A DNA stretch of 64,000 nucleotides. Source: Neoechinorhynchus agilis (taxonomy: Eukaryota > Animalia > Acanthocephala). The stretch lies in NCBI GenBank assembly GCA_051530055.1, contig CM121342.1, positions 1,274,797 to 1,338,796 of the forward strand, in the 5' to 3' direction. Shown here piece after piece: positions 27,132 through 39,800 of this stretch. The notes below the pieces were generated by a model that was not told where the DNA came from, ran no database searches, and worked only from the letters and a program-made list of their open reading frames with translations. Made by a program: the position numbers and the translations under genes. Position 1 is the stretch's first letter. Each line of letters starts with the position of its first letter.

Positions 27132-28213
27132 TTACTCAGAATGAAAAACGAGGAAATGCTTACTTGATTCTGTTGCACTTCGGCAATTATTACGGTTTTT
27201 GTTAATCGATGAACTCGCTTTAGGTCCTTCGCACAAGGAAACGAGATTAATTGATTCTTTGGACCCAAGTGAAATTGGAACAACAGTTAACGAAGGTGGT
27301 TCATTGAAATTGGATTGTGATCTCGTCGTTACTTGGTTAAACTCCTGACTTATCGGTATGTTCGGTGCCCCTAATGAACGCGATTGGTATCCGCGTTTGA
27401 TTCCATGATAACCTCTTCCGAATCTCATATTGTTTCCACCAAATGGGTGCAAATCTTCCTGGTTGCGATGTGGCATATAATTCGCACGCATATCTTCATT
27501 TGTAGGATTTGCTGCTCTCTTCATCCCCTGATTCATCCCTTGACCCATCCCACCACTCATTTGTTGACCCATTCCCTGCCCCATTCCATATCCCATTCCG
27601 TGCCCCATACCATATCCCATACCCTGACCCATTCCCTGTCCCATTCCATACCCCATACCTTGACCCATTCCCTGCCCCATTCCATACCCCATACCTTGAC
27701 CCATTCCCTGTCCTATTCCACCACCCATTCCTTGACCCATTCCACCACCCATTCCTTGGCCCATTCCCTGCCCCATTCCACCACCAATTTGTTGGCCCAT
27801 TCCATATCCCATTCCACCACCCATTTGTTGGCCCATTCCATATCCCATTCCACCACCCATTTGTTGGTCCATTCCCTGCCCCAAGCCACCACCCATTCCT
27901 TGGCCCATACCTTGATCCGTACCATATTGCATTCCACCGCTTCCATATCCTCCATTCCAGCTTTGCCCCGCCGTTCCCATTGCCACATTCGCTTGGCCGC
28001 CGATCCTATTTATCGCACTTGCCGCACCAGCATTCACGGCCGACATTTCCGTTGTAGTGCTGACTGATTCCTGCTGAAGACTCGTTAAAATATTTGAGAG
28101 TTTTTCTAAGCAACATTTTTTGATTGTGCCAGTATTTTCTCCACCTTTAACCATGCCGATGAGTTTAGTCGTTATTGTCTCTCCGGTGTCTAACAGAGGC
28201 GATTGTATTTTCC
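27132..28213 (-). CDS. Exon or ORF encoding a Gly/Met/Gln/Tyr-rich low-complexity protein (GMGQ/GMGY tetrapeptide repeats); upstream exons unresolved
   Basis: A 340-aa open frame with about 30 GMG(Q/Y/G) units. The frame stays open upstream of the listed Met to about 28213, consistent with an internal exon. Confidence 0.7.
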
Positions 28214-29052
28214 TTAAATTTCTATATGAATAGAGCTCTCACCTGAATTTACTAATGTCCCCCAGCTTTGACTTGGATATTTTATAAAATAAATATCACG
28301 AGCTGCTTATGGAATTATTATTCATATTGAGAAGTAGGACAAATCTTACTTGTTCGTTCATGTCGTGCATCCGATCTGATAGTCAAGAGTATGGTGTAAA
28401 AAGCAAGAATGATCATTTTGTAATAGAGTTTCTTATCTCAAACTTTCTTGCGAGATGTGTACAAAGACGTCGAATGGTTGATTGAGCGTTGCCAAACAAG
28501 ATCGTTTCAAAAACAATGATGCGTCACGGAACTTATTATGAACGCATTTAGTAGAATTTTTTCGATATCGAAAAAGGTTGCTGGTGAAAATCTTTTGCGT
28601 TTCAAAAGTACAAAAAAAGTTTTATCAAATGCCTGGTAAACATTTTGGTGTAATAGGAGTTCTGGCGATCATAATCCGCCGAATATTTCAATATGTTTTA
28701 TCCAAAAGAATATGATTGCCAGTGTATCAACCCGAAGGATTTTCTCTCGATGATTTTCATATTTATTTTACACTAACCAAAAAATTATTATGTGATACTC
28801 CAGCGGTCGTCGATTGATCAATTTCTTAGAATTATTCGTAACTATTCATTTTGTTTTTCCAGTCATCTTTATAACTGATTTGTTATCACTTTAAGTTATA
28901 ATTCTTCGCATATAGAGTTCGAAAAACAAACGTCAAACAATTTCAGTTCGAATTCGAAAACGAATCGATCCTCCGAATTCGTCCGTCAACATCGTAAAAT
29001 TGTAATGCTTTAGAAAATTATGGAAAGCCTCTTTTCCCAACACCCTCATGTT

Positions 29053-29228
29053 TTATTCCAGATTTATTATCGAACGAATAAGAGGGATGAGCTGACGGAC
29101 AGCGTTGCCCTCCTCTGATTCCTTTTCAGATAACCGAAGAAAAGTTTCCTGACGAAGACGCAAGGCGTCGAAAATTTGAAGCAATAAATAAAACACCCAT
29201 TTTCCGTTCGATAATAAATCTGGAGTAA
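29053..29228. mobile_element. Short inverted-repeat-bounded element enclosing a hammerhead motif
   Basis: The arms TTATTCCAGATTTATTATCGAACGAATAAGAGGG (29053-29086) and CCCATTTTCCGTTCGATAATAAATCTGGAGTAA (29196-29228) include a perfect 19-bp core. Confidence 0.7.
29144..29182 (+). ncRNA. Minimal type I hammerhead ribozyme (Penelope pLTR type)
   Basis: Stem I GTTTC/GAAGC; core CTGACGA (29149-29155) plus one A; stem II GACGC-AAG-GCGTC; GAAA; palindromic stem III AATT; cleavage predicted after T29177; AATAAA immediately downstream. Confidence 0.7.
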
Positions 29229-30147
29229 TGCTTTAGAATAAATCTTTTTCTAAAATCTGAACGCGTTTTTAAGTGCGATCGTAATTGTCGCCATAAAAAA
29301 ACCATGAGAAACGCTTTTGAGTTCTGTGATACTAAAATCGCAAATTGATCATTTTTAAAAATAAAAAATTCATCACTCAGTTTCTATCATTTCCATTTTT
29401 TCTTAACTTTAAATATAATACCCCGTTTTTTATTACTTTCTTCACAAAAGATTACTATTCAAATATCTTTTACGGTAGATGCGACGATTATTTACTGAAT
29501 CTGTCTTGGAGGAGCACATCTTTGAGAGCAAACATAACTAGACCTTACACCACTTCTGCTTTTAGCACAAGCGAAATTTATTGCTTTTAGAGGTTAAAAC
29601 TAAATGACGTTTCACGGGCATAATCCTTGTAGTCGAAAAGAATGGATAAATAAGAGTTGAAGCATGAACATTACTTTTAACTTAAGGTAATATTTAACCA
29701 TTCCCATTGCTGGATCGACGTTTTTAGTATACTTCGGGATCAATCCTTATACGTTTCTTCAGCGTAAGAATTGATTGAACATCTTTCATTGTTTCATAGT
29801 GAAGCATTCATCATTAGATCGGAGCTCTGGACTCGACAGGATATCCGCAGCCATCCAATGGTAGTAATCCTCATCAACAATGCAGAATCCACTACCTTCG
29901 TCCAGTCGCTGGGGAAAGTCCATTCCTTTCCACCTTCCACAATGGAGTTATGATAAAAACATTCACCACTCATTAATATTGGAAATTCTCAAGTTGCAAA
30001 AGAAATGTCGGCCTATTAGTTCTTAATAATAAAATGTCCTAGTTGATTACGTCACATTGATTCGAAAACTCGGCACAGAAGAATCCGAAAACCTTTGCGC
30101 GTTCCCTGAAACGACGATGTGCTCTCTAAGCCCTTTTTGTCTCGAAA

Positions 30148-30753
30148 ATGAATCGTCGTACAATTTTGATCGATGCGAAGGACCATTTAATGGGTCGATT
30201 GGCCTCTACGGTTGCAAAGGCGCTTCTGCAGGGTCAGCGAGTTGTTGTTGTACGTTGTGAACTCATTAATATCTCCGGAAGCTTCTACCGAAATAAATTA
30301 AAGTTTCTCGAATACTTGAAAAAGCGATGCAATGTGAATCCAAAACGTGGTCCGTTTCACTTTCGTGCCCCTTCAATGATGTTCCGAAAAGCTGTCCGAG
30401 GAATGGTTCCAAGGAAAAAGAAACGTGGAGACCGAGCTTTGGCGTTGTTGAAGACGTTCGAAGGTATTCCTCCATCTTACCATAAGCGTAAAAGACTGGT
30501 TGTTCCGTCGGCATTGCGTCCGGTTCGTCTTCGTCCTGGACGCAAATATTGTCAGTTGGGCCGTTTGGCCCATGAAGTCGGTTGGAAGTACCAGGATGTT
30601 GTTGCAGCTCTGGAAAGGAAGAGGAAGGCAAGAGCCGAATTGTGGTTTGCCCGAAAAACGGATCAAGATCGGTTGAAGAAGTTGGCTCTAAAGTATGAAC
30701 TCAGAAGAGACAAGGCTTTGCTTAAGAAAAAGACGGCCAAGAGTGCGAAATAA
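30148..30753 (+). CDS. RPL13A: 60S ribosomal protein L13a (uL13), intronless
   Basis: [26 protein letters not shown] and [11 protein letters not shown] are canonical. A pyrimidine-rich 5' leader lies at ~30122-30142 and AATAAA overlaps the stop codon. Confidence 0.98.
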   Translation: MNRRTILIDAKDHLMGRLASTVAKALLQGQRVVVVRCELINISGSFYRNKLKFLEYLKKRCNVNPKRGPFHFRAPSMMFRKAVRGMVPRKKKRGDRALALLKTFEGIPPSYHKRKRLVVPSALRPVRLRPGRKYCQLGRLAHEVGWKYQDVVAALERKRKARAELWFARKTDQDRLKKLALKYELRRDKALLKKKTAKSAK

Positions 30754-30813
30754 ATGGGGTTTTCGTCGATCGTGAGTCTGGGTTGATTAGGGGTCGTCTA
30801 ACAAAAGAGCTTA

Positions 30814-33800
30814 GAAAAGTTTCCTAGGTTGAGTCTTGCCTCCGGTTCATTTCGGGTCGCGAAATCCGAGAAGATCGGCAGCATGGAAAAAGGAGCGTCG
30901 GTATAGGGAAATGCGAGAATAATAATACGTTTATTTGTTACTTAACAAAGTAGAGGGCTGATATCCTCATTTGGGTCCTCATGAACACTCGAGTTCAAAG
31001 TTGTTCAAATAATGCGGTTGTTGATTTTCGAGTGGATTGCGGGCTCGATCAGGTGGGAGTATCAGGCCGAGGGATGTAGGGTCGAGCGGGGGAAACTTGG
31101 TGGTCATCGTTTGTTGGAAAGTTTGCTAGGTTGAGTCTTGCCTCGGGTTCATTTCGAGTCGCGAAATCCGAGAAGACCGGCAGCATGGAAAAAGGAGCGT
31201 CGGTATAGGGAAATGCGAGGTAATAATAATACGTTTATTTGTTACTTAACAAAGTAGAAGGCCGATATCCTCATTTGGGTCCTCATGAACACTCGAGTTC
31301 AGAGTTGTTCAAAGAATGCGGTTGTTGATTTTCGAGTGGATTGCGGGCTCGATCAGGTGGGAGTATTCGGTCGGGGGATGTACGGTCGAGCGGGGGAACT
31401 TGGTGGTCATCGTTTGTTGGAAAGTTTGCTAGGTTGAGTCTTGCTCGGGTTCATTTCGAGTCGCTAAATCCGAGAATCGGCAGCATGGAAAAAGGAGCGT
31501 CGGTATAGGGAAACTCGAGGTTAATAATAATACGTTTATTTGTTACTTAACAAAGTAGAGGGCCGATATCCTCATTTGGGTCCTCATGAACACTCGAGTT
31601 CAGAGTTGTTCAAAGAATGCGGATGTTGATTTTCGAGTGGATTGCGGGCTCGATCAGGTGGGAGTATTCGGTCGGGGGAAGTACGGTCGAGCGGGGGAAA
31701 CTTGGTGGTCATCGTTTGTTGGAAAGTTTGCTAGGTTGAGTCTTGCCTCGGGTTCATTTCGAGTCGCTAAATCTGAGAAGATCGGCAGCATGGAAAAAGG
31801 AGCGTCGGTATAGGGAAATGCGAGGTTAATAATACGTTTATTTGTTACTTAACAAAGTAGAGGGCCGATATCCTCATTTGGGTCCTCATGAACACTCGAG
31901 TTCAGAGTTGTTCAAAGAATGCGGATGTTGATTTTCGAGTGGATTGCGGGCTCGATCAGGTGGGAGTATTCGGTCGGGGGAAGTACGGTCGAGCGGGGGA
32001 AACTTGGTGGTCATCGTTTGTTGGAAAGTTTGCTAGGTTGAGTCTTGCCTCGGGTTCATTTCGAGTCGCTAAATCTGAGAAGATCGGCAGCATGGAAAAA
32101 GGAGCGTCGGTATAGGGAAATGCGAGGTTAATAATACGTTTATTTGTTTCTTAACAAAGTAGAAGGCCGATATCTTCATTTGGGTCCTCATGAACACTCG
32201 AGTTCAGAGTTGTTCAAAGAATGCGGATGTTGATTTTCGAGTGGACTGGTGGCCTGATCACGTGGTTATCCAGTCGGGGGATGTACGGTCGAGCGGGGGA
32301 AACTTTGTAATCATCGTTTGTTGCAAAGTTTGCTAGGTTGAGTCTTGCCTCCGGTTCATTTCGAGTCGCGAAATCCGGGAAGATCGGCAGCATGGAAAAA
32401 GGAGCGTCGATATAGGGAAATGCGGGGTTAATAATACGTTTATTTGTTTCTTAACAAAGTAGAAGGCCGATATCTTCATTTGGGTCCTCATGAACACTCG
32501 AGTTCAGAGTTGTTCATAGAATGCGGATGTTGATTTTCGAGTGGATTGCGGGCTCGATCAGGTGGGAGTATTCGGTCGGGGGAAGTACGGTCGAGCAGGG
32601 GAAACTTGGTGGACATCGTTTGTTGGAATGTTTGCTAGGTTGAGTCTTGCCTCGGGTTCATTTCTAGTCGCTAAATCTGAGAAGATCGGCAGCATGGAAA
32701 AAGGAGCGTCGGTATAGGGAAATGCGAGGTTAATAATAATACGTTTATTTTTTTCTTAACAAAGTAGAAGGCCGATATCTTCATTTGGGTCCTCATGAAC
32801 ACTCGAGTTCACAGTTGTTCAAAGAATGCGGATGTTGATTTTCGAGTGGATTGCGGGCTCGATCAGGTGGGAGTATTCGGTCGGGGGAAGTACGGTCGAG
32901 CAGGGGAAACTTGGTGGACATCGTTTGTTGGAATGTTTGCTAGGTTGAGTCTTGCCTCGGGTTCATTTCGAGTCGCTAAATCTGAGAAGATCGGCAGCAT
33001 GGAAAAAGGAGCGTCGGTATAGGGAAATGCGAGGTTAATAATACGTTTATTTGTTACTTAACAAAGTAGAAGGCCGATATCCTCATTTGGGTCCTCATGA
33101 ACACTCGAGTTCAGAGTTGTTCAAAGAATGCGGATGTTGATTTTCGAGTGGATTGCGGGCTCGATCAGGTGGGAGTATTCGGTCGGGGGAAGTACGGTCG
33201 AGCGGGGGAAACTTGGTGGTCATCGTTTGTTGGAAAGTTTCCTAGGTTGAGTCTTGCCTCGGGTTCATTTCGAGTCGCTAAATCTGAGAAGATCGGCAGC
33301 ATGGAAAAAGGAGCGTCGGTATAGGGAAATGCGAGGTAAATAATAATACGTTTATTTGTTACTTAACAAAGTAGAGGGCCGAAATCCTCATTTGGGTCCT
33401 CATGAACACTCGAGTTCACAGTTGTTCAAAGAATGCGGTTGTTGATTTTCGAGTGGATTGCGGGCTCGATCAGGTGGGGGTATTCGGTCGGGGGAAGTAT
33501 GGTCTAGCGGGGGAAACTTGGTGGTCATCGTCTGTTGAACGTTTGCTAGGTTGAGTCTTGCTTCGGGTTCATTTCGGATCGCGAATTCCGAGAAGACCGG
33601 CAGCATGGAAAAAGGAGCATCGGTACAGGGAAATGCGAGAATAATAATAATACGTTTATTTGTTACTTAACAAAGTAGAAGGCCGATATCCTCACTTGGG
33701 TCCTCGTGAACACTCGAGTTCAGAGTTGTTCAAAAAAAGCGGATGTTGATTTTCGAGTGGATTGCGGGCTCGATCAGGTGGGAGTATTCGGTCGAGGAAT

Positions 33801-36800
33801 GTACGGTCGAGCGGGGGAAACTTGGTGGCCATCGTTTGTTGGAAAGCTTGCTAGGTTGAGTCTTGCCTCGGATTCATTTCGAGTCGCGAAATCCGAGAAG
33901 ATCGGCAGCATGGAAAAAGGAGCGTCGGTATAGGGAAATGCGAGGTTAATAATACGTTTATTTGTTACTTAACAAAGTAGAAGGCCGATATCCTCACTTG
34001 GGTCCTCGTGAACACTCGAGTTCAGAGTTGTTCAAAAAAAGCGGATGTTGATTTTCGAGTGGATTGCGGGCTCGATCAGGTGGGAGTATTCGGTCGAGGA
34101 ATGTACGGTCGAGCGGGGGAAACTTGGTGGCCATCGTTTGTTGGAAAGCTTGCTAGGTTGAGTCTTGCCTCGGATTCATTTCGAGTCGCGAAATCCGAGA
34201 AGATCGGCAGCATGGAAAAAGGAGCGTCGGTATAGGGAAATGCGAGGTTAATAATACGTTTATTTGTTACTTAACAAAGTAGAAGGCCGATATCCTCATT
34301 TGGGTCCTCATGAACACTCGAGTTCAGAGTTGTTCAAAGAATGCGGATGTTGATTTTCGAGTGGATTGGTGGCTCGATCAGGTGGGAGTATTCGGTCGGG
34401 GGAAGTACGGTCGAGCGGGGGAAACTTGGTGGTCATCGTTTGTTGAAAGTTTTCAGGTTGAGTCTTGCCTCGGGTTCATTTCGAGTCGCTAAATCTGAGA
34501 AGATCGGCAGCATGGAAAAAGGAGCGTCGGTATAGGGAAATGCGAGGTAAATAATAATACGTTTATTTGTTACTTAACAAAGTAGAGGGCCGAAATCCTC
34601 ATTTGGGTCCTCATGAACACTCGAGTTCACAGTTGTTCAAAGAATGCGGTTGTTGATTTTCGAGTGGATTGCGGGGCTCGATCAGGTGGGGGTATTCGGT
34701 CGGGGGAAGTATGGTCTAGCGGGGGAAACTTGGTGGTCATCGTCTGTTGGAAAGTTTGCTAGGTTGAGTCTTGCCTCGGGTTCATTTCGGATCGCGAAAT
34801 CCGAGAAGACCGGCAGCATGGAAAAAGGAGCGTCGATATAGGGAAATGCGAGGTTAATAATAATGCATTTATTTGTTACTTAACAAAGTAGAGGGCCGAT
34901 ATCCTAATTTGGGTCCTCATGAACACTCGAGTTCAGAGTTGTTCAAAGAATGCGGATGTTGATTTTCGAGTGGATTGCGGGCTCGATCAGGTGGGAGTAT
35001 TCGGTCGGGGAATGTACGGTCGAGCGGGGGAAACTTGGTGGTCATCGTTTGTTGGAAAGTTTGCTAGGTTGAGTCTTGCTTCGGGTTCATTTCGGATCGC
35101 GAATTCCGAGAAGACCGGCAGCATGGAAAAAGGAGCATCGGTACAGGGAAATGCGAGGTTAATAATAATACGTTTATTTGTTACTTAACAAAGTAGAAGG
35201 CCGATATCCTCACTTGGGTCCTCGTGAACACTCGAGTTCAGAGTTGTTCAAAAAAAGCGGATGTTGATTTTCGAGTGGATTGCGGGCTCGATCAGGTGGG
35301 AGTATTCGGTCGGGGGAAGTACGGTCGAGCGGGGGAAACTTGGTGGTCATCGTTTGTTGGAAAGTTTGCTAGGTTGAGTCTTGCCTCGGGTTCATTTCGA
35401 GTCGCTAAATCTGAGAAGATCGGCAGCATGGAAAAAGGAGCGTCGGTATAGGGAAATGCGAGAATAATAATACGTTTATTTGTTACTTAACAAAGTAGAA
35501 GGCCGATATCTTCATTTGGGTCCTCATGAACACTCGAGTTCAGAGTTGTTCAAAAATTGCGGATGTTGATTTTCGAATGGATTGCCGGCTCGATCAGGTG
35601 GGAGTATTCTTTCGGGGGAAGTACGGTCGAGCGGGGGAACTTGGCGGTCATCGTTTGTTGGAAAATTTGCTAGGTTGAGTCTTGCCTCGGGTTCATTTCG
35701 AGTCGCGAAATCCGAGAAGACCGGCAGCATGGAAAAAGGAGCGTCGGTATAGGGAAACTCGAGGTTAATAATAATACGTTTATTTGTTACTTAACAAAGT
35801 AGAGGGCTGATATCCTCATTTGGGTCCTCATGAACACTCGAGTTCACAGTTGTTCAAAGAATGCGGATGTTGATTTTCGAGTGGATTGCGGGCTCGATCA
35901 CGTGGGAGTATTCGGTCGGGGGAAGTACGGTCGAGCGGGGGAAACTTGGTGGTCATCGTTTGTTGGAAAGCTTGCTAGGTTGAGTCTTGCCTCCGGTTCA
36001 TTTCGGGTCGCGAAATCCGAGAAGATCGGCAGCATGGAAAAAGGAGCGTCGGTATAGGGAAATGCGAGAATAATAATACGTTTATTTTTTACTTAACAAA
36101 GTAGAAGGCCGATATCTTCATTTGGGTCCTCATGAACACTTGAGTTCAGAGTTGTTCAAAGAATGTGGATGTTGATTTTCGAGTGGATTGCGGGCTCGAT
36201 GAGGTCGGAGTATTCGGTCTGGGGATGTACGGTCGAGCGGGGGAACTTGGCGGTCATCGTATGTTGGAAAATTTGCTAGGTTGAGTCTTGCCTCGGGTTC
36301 ATTTCGAGTCGCAAAATCCGAGAAGACCGGCAGCATGGAAAAAGGAGCGTCGGTATAGGGAAACTCGAGGTTAATAATAATACGTTTATTTGTTACTTAA
36401 CAAAGTAGAGGGCTGATATCCTCATTTGGGTCCTCATGAGCACTCGAGTTCAGAGTTGTTCAAAGAATGCGGATGTTGATTTTCGAGTGGATTGCGGGCT
36501 CGATCAGGTGGGAGTATTCGGTCGGGGAATGTACGGTCGAGCGGGGGAAACTTTGTGGTCATCGTTTGTTTGAAAGCTTGCTAGGTTGAGTCTTGCCTCC
36601 GGTTCATTTCTAGTCGCTAAATCTGAGAAGATCGGCAGCATGGAAAAAGGAGCGTCGATATAGGGAAATGCGGGGTTAATAATACGTTTATTTGTTACTT
36701 AACAAAGTAGAGGGCCGATATCCTCATTTGGGTCCTCATGAACACTCGAGTTCGGAGTTGTTCAAAGAAAGCGGTTGTTGATTTTCGAGTAGATTATGGG

Positions 36801-39800
36801 CTCGATCAGGTAGAAGTATCAGGCCGAGGGATGTAGGGTCGAGCGGGGGAAACTTGGTGGTCATCGTTTGTTGGAAAGTTCGCTAGGTTGAGTCTTGCTT
36901 CGGGTTCATTTCGGATCGCGAAATCCGAGAAGACCGGCAGCATGGAAAAAGGAGCATCGGTATAGGGAAATGCGAGAATAATAATAATACGTTTATTTGT
37001 TACTTAACAAAGTGGAAGGCCGATATCCTCATTTGGGTCATCATGAACACTTGATTTCAGAGTTGTTCAAAGAATGCGGATGTTGATTTTCGAGTGGATT
37101 GCGGGCTGATCAGGTGGGAGTATTCGGTCGGGGGATGTACGGTCGAGCGGGGGAAACTTGGTGGTCATCGTTTGTTGGAAAGTTTGCTAGGTTGAGTCTT
37201 GCCTCGGGTTCATTTCGAGTCGCGAAATCCGAGAAGATCGGCAGCATGGAAAAAGGAGCGTCGGTATAGGGAAATGCGAGGTAAATAATAATACGTTTAT
37301 TTGTTACTTAACAAAGTAGAGGGCCGATATCCTCATTTGGGTCCTCATGAACACTCGAGTTCACAGTTGTTCAAAGAATGCGGTTGTTGATTTTCGAGTG
37401 GATTGCGGGCTCGATCAGGTGGGAGTATTCGGTCGGGGGAAGTACGGTCGAGCGGGGGAAACTTGGTGGTCATCGTTTGTTGGAAAGTTTGCTAGGTTGA
37501 GTCTTGCCTCGGGTTCATTTCGAGTCGCGAAATCCGAGAAGACCGGCAGCATGGAAAAAGGAGCGTCGGTATAGGGAAATGCGAGGTTAATAATAATGCG
37601 TTTATTTGTTACTTAACAAAGTAGAGGGCCGATATCTACTTTGGGTCCTCATGAACACTCGAGTTCAGAGTTGCAAGAATGCGGATGTTGATTTTCAGTG
37701 GATTGGGGCTCGATTGGGGTATCGGTCGGGGAGGTGAGCAGGGGAAACTTGGACATCGTTTGTTGGATGTTTGTATTGAGTTTGCCCGTTCATTTCGACG
37801 CTAAATCTGAGAAGATCGCGTGGAAAAGGAGGTCGGTATAGGGATGGGAATATAATACGTTTATTTTTTCTAACAAGTAGAAGGCCGATATCTTTTTGTC
37901 CTAAACACTCGTCATAGTTGTTCAAAGATTATGGATGTTTGATTTTCGAATGGATTGCGGGCTCGATCAGGTGGGAGTATTCGGTCGGGGGAAGTACGGT
38001 CGAGCGGGGGAAACTTGGTGGTCATCGTTTGTTGGAAAGTTTGCTAGGTTGAGTCTTGCCTCGGGTTCATTTCGAGTCGCGAAATCCGAGAAGATCGGCA
38101 GCATGGAAAAAGGAGCGTCGGTATAGGGAAATGCGAGGTTAATAATAATACGTTTATTTGTTACTTAACAAAGTAGAGGGCTGATATCCTCATTTGGGTC
38201 CTCATGAACACTCGAGTTCAGAGTTGTTCAAAGAATGCGGTTGTTGATTTTCGAGTGGATTGCGGGCTCGATCAGGTGGGAGTATCCGGTCGGGGGAAGT
38301 ACGGTCGAGCGGGGGAAACTTGGTGGTCATCGTTTGTTGGAAAGTTTGCTAGGTTGAGTCTTGCTTCGGGTTCATTTCGGATCGCGAAATCCGAGAAGAC
38401 CGGCAGCATGGAAAAAGGAGCATCGGTATAGGGAAATGCGAGAATAATAATAATACGTTTATTTGTTACTTAACAAAGTAGAAGGCCGATATCCTCATTT
38501 GGGTCCTCATGAACACTCGAGTTCAGAGTTGTTCAAAGAATGCGGATGTTGATTTTCGAGTGGATTGCGGGCTCGATCAGGTGGGAGTATTCGGTCGGGG
38601 GATGTACGGTCGAGCGGGGGAAACTTGGTGGTCATCGTTTGTTGGAAAGTTTCCTAGGTTGAGTCTTGCCTCGGGTTCATTTCGAGTCGCTAAATCTGAG
38701 AAGATCGGCAGCATGGAAAAAGGAGCGTCGGTATAGGGAAATGCGAGGTTAATAATAATACGTTTATTTGTTACTTAACAAAGTAGAGGGCCGATATCCT
38801 CATTTGGGTCCTCATGAACACTCGAGTTCAGAGTTGTTCAAAGAATGCGGATGTTGATTTTCGAGTGGATTGCGGGCTCGATCAGGTGGGAGTATTCGGT
38901 CGGGGAATGTACGGTCGAGCGGGGGAAACTTGGTGGTCATCGTTTGTTGGAAAGTTTGCTAGGTTGAGTCTTGCCTCGGGTTCATTTCGAGTCGCGAAAT
39001 CCGAGAAGACCGGCAGCATGGAAAAAGGAGCGTCGGTATAGGGAAATGCGAGGTTAATAATAATACGTTTATTTGTTACTTAACAAAGTAAAGGGCCGAT
39101 ATCCTCATTTGGGTCCTCGTGAACACTCGAGTTCAGAGTTGTTAAAGAATGCGGATGTTGATTTTCGAGTGGATTGCGGGCTCGATCACGTGGGAGTATT
39201 CGGTCGGGGGATGTACGGTCGAGCGGGGGAAACTTTGTAATCATCGTTTGTTGCAAAGTTTGCTAGGTTGAGTCTTGCCTCCGGTTCATTTCGAGCCGCG
39301 AAATCCGAGAAGATCGGCAGCATGGAAAAAGGAGCGTCGATATAGGGAAATGCGGGGTTAATAATACGTTTATTTGTTTCTTAACAAAGTAGAAGGCCGA
39401 TATCTTCATTTGGGTCCTCATGAACACTCGAGTTCAGAGTTGTTCAAAGATTGCGGATGTTGATTTTCGAATGGATTGCGGGCTCGATCAGGTGGGAGTA
39501 TTCGGTCGGGGGAAGTACGGTCGAGCGGGGGAAACTTGGTGGTCATCGTTTGTTGGAATGTTTGCTAGGTTGAGTCTTGCCTCGGGTTCATTTCTAGTCG
39601 CTAAATCTGAGAAGATCGGCAGCATGGAAAAAGGAGCGTCGGTATAGGGAAATGCGAGGTTAATAATAATACGTTTATTTGTTACTTAACAAAGTAGAGG
39701 GCCGAAATCCTCATTTGGGTCCTCATGAACACTCGAGTTCAGAGTTGTTCAAAGAATGCGGTTGTTGATTTTCGAGTGGATTGCGGGCTCGATCAGGTGG

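Noticed and set aside
27384-28067. His/Pro-rich plus-strand ORFs (227 and 182 aa)
   Set aside because: They are antisense shadows of the Gly/Met repeat exon.
37670-37935. Strongly degraded satellite unit, and similar garbled units at ~2600-3000 and ~3300-3640
   Set aside because: Scattered 1-5-nt deletions among near-identical neighbours look like noisy-read consensus error and cannot be taken as biology without reads.
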